Below are positions 8,101-15,637 of a stretch of 16,503 nt of DNA, one piece after another; positions within the stretch are counted from its first letter, which is position 1; the number at the start of each line of letters is the position of its first letter. The position numbers were made by a program, and so were the translations under genes. Source of the stretch: Promethearchaeota archaeon (GTDB lineage Archaea > Asgardarchaeota > Lokiarchaeia > Sigyniarchaeales > SOKP01); assembly GCA_004524535.1 (NCBI GenBank), contig SDNY01000080.1:1-16503 (forward strand), given 5' to 3'. Under the pieces are notes generated by a model. That model did no database searches. It was not told where the DNA came from and saw only the letters and a program-made list of their open reading frames with translations.

Positions 8101-8139
8101 CTTGATACCTTATTTTCTATATCTATAGATTAATTCTAA

Positions 8140-8946
8140 ATGCTCATGCTTGCTAATATAACTGATTTGCTAAAATTAAAAGAGAAAAAAGTCTTTTTTT
8201 TTGATTTGGATGGAACTTTATATTTAGGGAATAATCTATTTGAAGGTGTTCCTGAATTAATTGATTTATTAAAAAAGATGAATAAAAGATTATATTTTCT
8301 TTCTAATAATTCAAGTAAATCCACTTCAGATTACCTCAAAAAATTAAATTCTTTCAACTTAAATATTACAAACGAAAATATTATCCTATCTCAACACCCC
8401 ACGATTGCTTTTCTTAAAAAAAATAACTACAAAAACATATTTTTAATGGGGACTAAATCCCTAAAAGATGAATTTATACAAGAAGGATTTACTTTAACAG
8501 AAGAAAACCCAGAGATTCTTGTTCTTGCATTTGATCAAGAATTGACTTATGAGCGTTTAGTAAAAGCTACTCATTTTCTATTGAATGATATCCCATATAT
8601 CGCAACTCATCCTGACGATAGATGTCCCACAGAAAATGGTTATATACCTGATGCTGGAGGTATAGCCGCGCTCTTAGAAAAAACTACCTGTAAATTACCC
8701 CGAGTCTTTGGAAAACCCAATAAAGAAATGCTAACCTTTAAACTAGAACAGCTCGAATTGACCCCCAAAGATGCTGTCTTGTTCGGTGATCGTCTATACA
8801 CAGATATTAAAATGGGATTAAATGCTGGAGTTATGACTTGTTGTGTTCTATCTGGTGAAACAACCCTTGAGATGATAAAAAATAGCCAGAATAAACCAGA
8901 TCTAATAATTAATGGAATTTGGGAATTTTTAGAAGCGATAAAATAA
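8140..8946 (+). CDS. HAD-superfamily subfamily IIA phosphatase (NagD-like)
   Basis: 268 aa. Motif I FFDLDGT, motif II LSNN, GKP lysine, motif IV GDRLYTDI, C-terminal VLSGET. The start could be ATG 8146. Confidence 0.92.
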   Translation: MLMLANITDLLKLKEKKVFFFDLDGTLYLGNNLFEGVPELIDLLKKMNKRLYFLSNNSSKSTSDYLKKLNSFNLNITNENIILSQHPTIAFLKKNNYKNIFLMGTKSLKDEFIQEGFTLTEENPEILVLAFDQELTYERLVKATHFLLNDIPYIATHPDDRCPTENGYIPDAGGIAALLEKTTCKLPRVFGKPNKEMLTFKLEQLELTPKDAVLFGDRLYTDIKMGLNAGVMTCCVLSGETTLEMIKNSQNKPDLIINGIWEFLEAIK

Positions 8947-9082
8947 TACAGTGAAGAATTACTAGTATAATGATAACCAACTTCTTTAATAATTAAATTA
9001 TTATCTTTATATAAAAATGTATAAAAATAATAATACAAATAATATAAATATCTAAATAATTTCAACTTTTAGCTGTAAATAA

Positions 9083-9670
9083 ATGGTCGATCTCCTCTTT
9101 AAAAAGTATAAAAAAAAACCCTTTGGCATACTTTTAAATTATTTAGCAATGCTTTTTAGTGGAGCTTCGCTTAGTTTCCTCTCTTTTTTGATTTTACCAA
9201 ACCTTCTCCAAGGGAGTTATGCAAGATCAGTAGCCCGCTACATGGCATTTTTATTAATTATTAATTTTTTTTCTTTCTTATTAACGGTTGCTGCTGCTGT
9301 AAAAACTAGACGATTTATTAAGAATTTTAAAAGTTTTGAAAGTTCAGGAATAGAACTCGTAGAAAAAGATAAAAAAACTGATAAAACATTCTGTGCTAAG
9401 TGCGGAATAATACTAACGAGAGAAGATTTCAAGCCATCAAAAAAAGGAATAAAATTACACTATTTTAATGGATTTAAGGGGTATTACTGTAAAAACTGTT
9501 TTATACGCCATGCGATACTTGTTTTTATTTCATTTTTACTATTAATAAAATATTTTCTCTTTACTTTCATGCCTGTTAATATTTACTCTATTGTCATTGA
9601 TTCGGGGATACTATTAGGATTTACTCTTGAGATGGGATTTTGGTACAGATATTACAAGCGATATGTATGA
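9083..9670 (+). CDS. Hypothetical 4-TM membrane protein with central zinc finger (CxxC-x28-CxxC)
   Basis: 195 aa. Two N-terminal and two C-terminal hydrophobic segments flank a soluble loop carrying CAKC...YCKNC. TATA-like TTTATATAAA at 9006-9015. Confidence 0.7.
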   Translation: MVDLLFKKYKKKPFGILLNYLAMLFSGASLSFLSFLILPNLLQGSYARSVARYMAFLLIINFFSFLLTVAAAVKTRRFIKNFKSFESSGIELVEKDKKTDKTFCAKCGIILTREDFKPSKKGIKLHYFNGFKGYYCKNCFIRHAILVFISFLLLIKYFLFTFMPVNIYSIVIDSGILLGFTLEMGFWYRYYKRYV

Positions 9671-9705
9671 CTATACTCTGATTACTTCTAAATTCTAGTA
9701 GAATA

Positions 9706-9749
9706 CGAAAAATATAAAAGTTAGCAGTGTTGTGTTTATTTTAAATAAA
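9706..9749 (+). promoter_or_regulatory. Candidate ppdK promoter elements: CGAAAAATATAAAAG (9706-9720) and TTTAAATA (9740-9747)
   Basis: Both match the archaeal BRE/TATA consensus. Which one is used cannot be decided from sequence alone. Confidence 0.45.
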
Positions 9750-9778
9750 TAAAGATTAAAGATTCATTTGTGGAAAAA

Positions 9779-12475
9779 ATGACAACCACCGAAAAAAATA
9801 AGTTTATCTATAATTTTAAAGAGGGAAATAGGACTCTAAAAAATGTTCTAGGTGGAAAAGGTGCAAATCTAGCTGAAATGACAAATTTAGGTCTAAATAT
9901 TCCCCAAGGTTTTACAATTACAACTGAGACTTGCTTAAATTATTTTATAAAACCTGAAAAAACGATGGAAGAATTAAAACCTATTGTTTTGCAGCATATA
10001 GAAGAACTTGAAAATATCACTGATAAAAAATTCGGTGATAATAAAAATCCTTTATTAGTAAGCGTAAGAAGTGGAGCTCCAATGTCTATGCCTGGTATGA
10101 TGGACACAGTATTAAATTTGGGGCTTAATGATCAATCTGTTGTTGGTGTTGCAACTCAAACAGAAAATCCTCGATTCGCATATGATTCTTACCGACGATT
10201 TATACAAATGTTTGGTGATGTCGTAATGGGAATTAGCGATGAGAAATTTGAAAGAATTTTAAATAAACATAAAAGATTGAAAGGAAGATCAGCTCAAGAT
10301 ACTGATTTAGAAGTTAGTGATTTACAAAAGATAATTACTGAATACAAAGCTTTATACGAAAAAGAAATTGGAAACCAATTTCCTCAAGATCCTATAAAAC
10401 AACTTTTTCTATCCATCGAAGCTGTCTTTAAGTCATGGAATAATAGGCGCGCAATCACATATAGAAAGATCAATGATATTCCAGACTTTGGCACGGCAGT
10501 TAACATCCAAACTATGGTTTTTGGAAATAAAGGATGGAATTCTGCTACAGGAGTTGCATTTTCAAGAGATCCTTCAACCGGAGAGAAAAAACCATTTGGT
10601 GAGTATTTAACAAATGCACAAGGCGAAGATGTTGTAGCTGGTATAAGGACTCCTAAGAAGTTAAAAGAGATGAAAAAGGAGTTTCCTGAGATATACGATC
10701 AACTTTTGAACACATTAGAGGAATTAGAGAAACATTATAGAGATATGCAGGACATTGAATTTACAATTGAAGATGGGCAGCTTTTTATTTTACAAACTAG
10801 AAATGGAAAACGAACCCCCTCTGCGGGAGTTAAAATTGCAGTTGATATGGTTAAAGAGGGATTAGTGAATAAAGAAGAAGCAATAATGAGCATAGATCCT
10901 AAAAAGATTTCTAAATTAATGTTTAAAAGCATTGATGAGAACTCTATTATTCGCGTATTAGCTCGTGGAATCAATGCTTCACCTGGTGCTGTTTCTGGAA
11001 TTGCTATTTTTGATGCCGACACAGCTGAGGAATTAGCCAATCAAGGGCAAAAAGAAATAATTTTAATTAGACCCCAAACAAAACCAGATGATATCCACGG
11101 ATTGTATGCTTCTTCGGGAGTCTTGACCCAGTTTGGCGGGAAAACATCCCACGCCGCTGTTGTTGCAAGAGGTATGGGTAAACCCGCGGTTGTTGGTGCT
11201 CAAGATATTGAAATCGACGAGGAAAATAAAGAGTTTAGAGTAGGTGATACAATTGTTCAAGAAGGTGAAATGATCACAATTGATGGAACAACTGGAAAAA
11301 TTATTGAAGGAAAGGTACCGTTAGTTGAACCTGAAATAAAAGGAGAATTCTTAGAATTGCTAAGGATGGCAGATGATATTAAAAGACTAGGAGTGAGAGC
11401 AAATGCAGACACCCCTGAAGATGCTCAGAAAGCCCTTGAATTTGGTGCCGATGGGATTGGACTATGTCGTACAGAACATATGTTCATGAATCCAGAGAGA
11501 TTACCTGTTGTACAAGCGATGATAATGTCACGGACGAAAGAAGAACGACAAGAAGCTTTAGATAAATTACTTCCTATGCAGCGTGGAGATTTCTACGAAA
11601 TTTTTAAGATTATGGAAGGAAAACCAGTAACTATTAGACTATTAGATCCTCCATTACACGAATTCTTACCAGAATTAGCTCTGGTCATGCTAGAAAGTCA
11701 AGAGTTAAAGATGGTTAATGCTCTATCTAGATCTTTATTAAATATTACTCCATTGGATAAAGAGATCACAAAGAAAAATAAAGTGATTAGCTTAATCCGG
11801 TCGCTCTCTGAGGAAAATCCCATGATGGGACTTAGAGGCTGCCGATTAGGGATTGTATGGCCAGAAATTAATGAAATGCAAGTAAAAGCAATCTTCCAAG
11901 CAGCTTGTGATCTAAAGAAAGAGGGAATTGAAGTAATACCAGAAGTAATGATCCCTCTTATCGGTATGTTCTCTGAGTTGCAATATGTTAAGTCAGATTT
12001 AATGAAAATTGCGAAAGAAACAATTTTAAGATATGGAGTTGATTTAGACTTTAAATTCGGGACGATGATTGAAATCCCCCGAGCTGCTTTAACAGCAGAT
12101 GAAATTGCTATGGAGGCCGAATTCTTTTCATTCGGAACTAATGATTTAACCCAAATGACCTATGGTTTTTCGCGAGACGATGCTGAGAGTAAATTTTTAC
12201 CCATTTATTTAAACAAGGAGATTTTGAAAGAAAATCCTTTTGATACAATAGATCAAGATGGAGTTGGAAAATTGATGAGAATGGCAATTAAATTAGGGAA
12301 AGGCACGAGACCAGAGTTAAAGTGTGGAATTTGTGGCGAACATGGAGGTGAACCTAATTCTATAGAATTTTCTCATCAAATTGGATTAGATTATGTTTCT
12401 TGCTCTCCATTTAGAATTCCCGTTGCTAGAATAGCCGCTGCACACGCAGTAATAAAAGAGAAAAATAATAAATAA
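9779..12475 (+). CDS. ppdK: Pyruvate, phosphate dikinase
   Basis: LGGKGANLAEM, PLLVSVRSGA..SMPGMMDTVLNLG, phospho-His motif GGKTSHAAVVARG, GIGLCRTEHMF, FSFGTNDLTQ, GICGEHGG. Start is GTG 9770 (ORF track) or ATG 9779. Confidence 0.97.
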   Translation: MTTTEKNKFIYNFKEGNRTLKNVLGGKGANLAEMTNLGLNIPQGFTITTETCLNYFIKPEKTMEELKPIVLQHIEELENITDKKFGDNKNPLLVSVRSGAPMSMPGMMDTVLNLGLNDQSVVGVATQTENPRFAYDSYRRFIQMFGDVVMGISDEKFERILNKHKRLKGRSAQDTDLEVSDLQKIITEYKALYEKEIGNQFPQDPIKQLFLSIEAVFKSWNNRRAITYRKINDIPDFGTAVNIQTMVFGNKGWNSATGVAFSRDPSTGEKKPFGEYLTNAQGEDVVAGIRTPKKLKEMKKEFPEIYDQLLNTLEELEKHYRDMQDIEFTIEDGQLFILQTRNGKRTPSAGVKIAVDMVKEGLVNKEEAIMSIDPKKISKLMFKSIDENSIIRVLARGINASPGAVSGIAIFDADTAEELANQGQKEIILIRPQTKPDDIHGLYASSGVLTQFGGKTSHAAVVARGMGKPAVVGAQDIEIDEENKEFRVGDTIVQEGEMITIDGTTGKIIEGKVPLVEPEIKGEFLELLRMADDIKRLGVRANADTPEDAQKALEFGADGIGLCRTEHMFMNPERLPVVQAMIMSRTKEERQEALDKLLPMQRGDFYEIFKIMEGKPVTIRLLDPPLHEFLPELALVMLESQELKMVNALSRSLLNITPLDKEITKKNKVISLIRSLSEENPMMGLRGCRLGIVWPEINEMQVKAIFQAACDLKKEGIEVIPEVMIPLIGMFSELQYVKSDLMKIAKETILRYGVDLDFKFGTMIEIPRAALTADEIAMEAEFFSFGTNDLTQMTYGFSRDDAESKFLPIYLNKEILKENPFDTIDQDGVGKLMRMAIKLGKGTRPELKCGICGEHGGEPNSIEFSHQIGLDYVSCSPFRIPVARIAAAHAVIKEKNNK

Positions 12476-12619
12476 CTCTTTCATTATATTCTGCTTTTAT
12501 TAAATTTTGTTGAAATCATCCAATTTTAATCATCTCCCTATTAATTAGAAATAAAAATCCATAAATGTTTTATCAATATGATTATTTACTAATTTATAAT
12601 CAATTGAGTGGAGAATTAA

Positions 12620-13726
12620 ATGTCGTTTACTATAGACGAAAAAATTACTTTAATTAAAGAAGTTGGAGAAGAAATCATTGATGAAAAGGAATTACGAGAA
12701 ATGATCAAATGGAAGATAGATCACGGTCAAGAAATCTTTGCTTACGATGGTTTTGAGCCATCTGGAAATATACATATTGCTCAAGGACTCTTAAGAGCTC
12801 TCAACGTAAATAAATTAACTAAAGCAGGAATAAAATTTAAATTCTTAGTTGCCGATTGGCATGCAGCAGCAAACCATAAATTCGGTGGAGATCTTAACGT
12901 AATTAAAAAAGTAGGTGACTTCTTTATAGAAGTTTGGAAAGTATCCGGGATGGATTTAAGTCAAGTAGAATTTATTTACGCCTCTGAAATAGTTAAGGAC
13001 CCAAAATACTGGGAATTAGTTCTCAACATTGCTATAAATAGCACTCTAAAAAGAGTAATAAGATGTACTCAAATAATGGGTAGAAGTGAAACTGATGCAT
13101 TAACAGCTTCACAGATTCTTTATCCTTTAATGCAAGCAGCAGATATCTTTTATCTTCCGGCAGATATCTGTCAATTGGGACTTGACCAAAGAAAAGTAAA
13201 CATGTTAGCAAGAGAGGTTGCAAGCAAGTTAAATAAACCTAAACCAGTTGCGATCCACCATCATATGCTAATGGGCTTATTAAAACCTCCAGATACAAAT
13301 CTAGAAGGAATTGAAAGGACTATACAACTTAAAATGTCAAAATCATCCCCTGATTCAGCAATATTTATGTTAGATTCTCCTGATGATGTAAAACGTAAAA
13401 TTAATAAGGCTTTTTGTCCTCCAAAACAAGTTAGTGAAAATCCTGTTTTAGAATATTGTAAATACATAATTTTCGAGCTAGTTGATAGTTTTCGCGTTGA
13501 CAGACCAGAAAAATATGGTGGAAATGTAAATTATAGTTCATACGAAGGTTTAGAAAAAGACTTTGCGAAAGGTGAGCTGAATCCCCCTGATTTAAAACCC
13601 GCTGTGATTAATTATTTAAATCAATTGCTAGAACCTATCAGAACTCATTTTGAAAAGAATAAAAAGGCTAAAGAACTAGCTTTATTTGTTCAAAAAGAAT
13701 ATAAAAAGTATAAACAGAAACAATAA
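12620..13726 (+). CDS. tyrS: Tyrosine--tRNA ligase, archaeal/eukaryotic short type
   Basis: 368 aa. YDGFEPSG, HIGH-equivalent HIAQ, YPLMQAAD, QLGLDQRK, KMSKS, IKR/INKAFCP-type C-terminal motif. SD-like GGAG at 12610-12613. Confidence 0.95.
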   Translation: MSFTIDEKITLIKEVGEEIIDEKELREMIKWKIDHGQEIFAYDGFEPSGNIHIAQGLLRALNVNKLTKAGIKFKFLVADWHAAANHKFGGDLNVIKKVGDFFIEVWKVSGMDLSQVEFIYASEIVKDPKYWELVLNIAINSTLKRVIRCTQIMGRSETDALTASQILYPLMQAADIFYLPADICQLGLDQRKVNMLAREVASKLNKPKPVAIHHHMLMGLLKPPDTNLEGIERTIQLKMSKSSPDSAIFMLDSPDDVKRKINKAFCPPKQVSENPVLEYCKYIIFELVDSFRVDRPEKYGGNVNYSSYEGLEKDFAKGELNPPDLKPAVINYLNQLLEPIRTHFEKNKKAKELALFVQKEYKKYKQKQ

Positions 13727-13749
13727 ACATAAAATAAACATAAAATAAA
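13722..13749 (+). repeat. 11-bp tandem repeat (AATAAACATAA x2.5) spanning the tyrS stop and the whole spacer to the next ATG
   Basis: Copies at 13722-13732 and 13733-13743, partial copy at 13744-13749. The tyrS TAA is 13724-13726 and the next ATG is 13750. Confidence 0.8.
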
Positions 13750-14385
13750 ATGGTTAGATTCTTTCTTTGCGGAGATTCCCATATTCCTCGTCGAGCGAAA
13801 AGTATTCCTGACAAATTAATTGATAAACTAGAAGATTTAACTAATGCTGAACTCTTTGATTACACATTTTTTACAGGAGATGTAATAATAGCTCCTGAAT
13901 TCATAAAATCTCTTGAAAAAATAACGAAAACACCTAAAAATTTATTTTTTGTTATTGGAAATATGGATTATTATGGGGGAAATAGAAATTCTCCTGTTTT
14001 TCAAGAATTAAAGCTCTTATTTTCAGATGGTGATAATATAACGGTTGGACTAACTCATGGCGCTCAGATTCAACCAAGGGGAGATCATTTGCAATTAGAG
14101 ACCCTTGCTATTAAAAAAATCTATAATATTTTAATAACTGGACATACACATAAAGAAGAGATATTTCTTACAGATAAAGGAATCCTATTAATTAATCCCG
14201 GAAGTGTTACTGGAGCATGGAGTTTTGTTGCTAGCGGTATTCCCTCTTTTATCGTTCTAAAAATTAAAGAAGATACTAAAGAAATTAATTTATCCTTATT
14301 TCAACTGGATAAAAAAACTCAAAAAATTAGTGAGATAAAATCTTATTTTATTTTCAAGGATAATAGAGTCATAGCTAGATTTTAA
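13750..14385 (+). CDS. Vps29-like / MJ0936-YfcE family metallophosphoesterase
   Basis: 211 aa. GDSHIPRR, TGD, GNMD, HGAQIQPRGD, ILITGHTH, INPGSVTGA, IPSF. These parallel eukaryotic Vps29 motifs recalled as GDLHIPHR, HGHQVIPWGD, ILISGHTH, INPGSATGA, IPSF. Confidence 0.88.
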   Translation: MVRFFLCGDSHIPRRAKSIPDKLIDKLEDLTNAELFDYTFFTGDVIIAPEFIKSLEKITKTPKNLFFVIGNMDYYGGNRNSPVFQELKLLFSDGDNITVGLTHGAQIQPRGDHLQLETLAIKKIYNILITGHTHKEEIFLTDKGILLINPGSVTGAWSFVASGIPSFIVLKIKEDTKEINLSLFQLDKKTQKISEIKSYFIFKDNRVIARF

Positions 14386-14509
14386 ATTTAAAATAAAAAT
14401 CAAATCGATGACTATTATCATTTAAAAATGGAATATATATTCACTTTTTTTCCTTTTTATAGCATTTTCTCGAAAAATATTTATTTTTTATATTCCTTTT
14501 GAGTTTAAT

Positions 14510-15637
14510 ATGTCAGACATACATTTCAATAAAGAAGAAGGATCAAAACTAAAATTATTTACTCCAGGTCCTGTTTATGTTCCAGAAAGAGTATTGAAAG
14601 CAATTTCCTTACCCAGTGATACGCATCGATCAGGACCTTATTCAGAAATGCATGCAGAAGCTGTGGAGGGTCTTCAGAAGTTATTATATACGAAAAAGGA
14701 ATGTTTAATTTTTACCTCGTCCGCTACTGGGATTATGGAAGCTTGTGTGAGAAATTTAATTAAAGATGAAGAAAAAGCGTTATTTCTTTCGATTGGAGCG
14801 TTTGGAGATAGATGGCATGAAGTTGGCGAATCAAATGGAAAGAATGCAGTCAAAGAAACAGTTGAATGGGGTAAGGCAATAATTCCAGAATTTGCGCAAG
14901 AGGCATTATCTAAAGATAAATATTCCGTTGTATTTCTTCAATCAAATGAGACATCTACTGGAGTTTATAATCCGATGGAAGATCTTATTCCAGTTATTAA
15001 GGATCATGATCCTAATCTCTTAGTTTGTGTTGATGCAACATCCTCAATGGCCGGCATAAAACTTGAGATTGATAAACTAGGAATCGACTTATGTTTAGCT
15101 TCAGTTCAAAAGTGTTTAGCTTTGCCTCCAGGGTTGGCAGTTTGTTCAATATCGGATGCTGCTATTGAAAAAGCGGGGCAAGTTAAAAACAGAGGGTTAT
15201 ATTTTGATTTTTTAACTCTGGTAAAGAAAAATAAAGTTAATCAAACACCTAATACGCCCCCTATACCTCAAATTAGAGGTTTAGTAACACAATTAGATTA
15301 TATACTTAATGAGGAAGGATTAGAAAAGAGATTTCAGAGACACACACAACTCGGAAAACGAACAAGAATGTGGGCACGAGATATGAATATAGAAATGTTT
15401 CCTGAAAAAGGTTATGAATCAAATACAGTATCTACAATGAAAAATACTTTAAATATTGATTACGCTGAAATGGTAAATCGAATGTTATTAAAAGGGTATC
15501 GAATTGTGAATGGTTATGGCTCCCTTGTTAATAAAACATTTAGAATAGGACATATGGGAGACATATCTTTAAAGGATCTGGAAAATATGTTGAAGAGTTT
15601 AACAGATGTTATAGTAGAATTAAAATTATCTGCTTAA
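14510..15637 (+). CDS. Class V PLP-dependent aminotransferase (serine-pyruvate / alanine-glyoxylate aminotransferase family)
   Basis: 375 aa. LFTPGP, NETSTG, VDATSS, PLP lysine in ASVQKCLALPPG, FRIGHMG. Confidence 0.92.
   Translation: MSDIHFNKEEGSKLKLFTPGPVYVPERVLKAISLPSDTHRSGPYSEMHAEAVEGLQKLLYTKKECLIFTSSATGIMEACVRNLIKDEEKALFLSIGAFGDRWHEVGESNGKNAVKETVEWGKAIIPEFAQEALSKDKYSVVFLQSNETSTGVYNPMEDLIPVIKDHDPNLLVCVDATSSMAGIKLEIDKLGIDLCLASVQKCLALPPGLAVCSISDAAIEKAGQVKNRGLYFDFLTLVKKNKVNQTPNTPPIPQIRGLVTQLDYILNEEGLEKRFQRHTQLGKRTRMWARDMNIEMFPEKGYESNTVSTMKNTLNIDYAEMVNRMLLKGYRIVNGYGSLVNKTFRIGHMGDISLKDLENMLKSLTDVIVELKLSA

Noticed and set aside
8136-9432. Minus-strand ORFs 8136-8324, 8640-9065 and 9238-9432
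   Set aside because: Antisense to the HAD and zinc-finger genes. The Tyr-rich start of the 141-aa ORF is translated AT-rich spacer.
9735-9749. TTTATTT-T-AAATAAA palindrome, similar to 15824-15837, as a dedicated operator
   Set aside because: It is all A/T and centred on a TTTAAATA TATA box, so promoter composition explains it.
10735-13467. Minus-strand ORFs 10735-11040, 11063-11260, 13032-13223 and 13261-13467
   Set aside because: Antisense shadows of ppdK and tyrS with no recognisable features.
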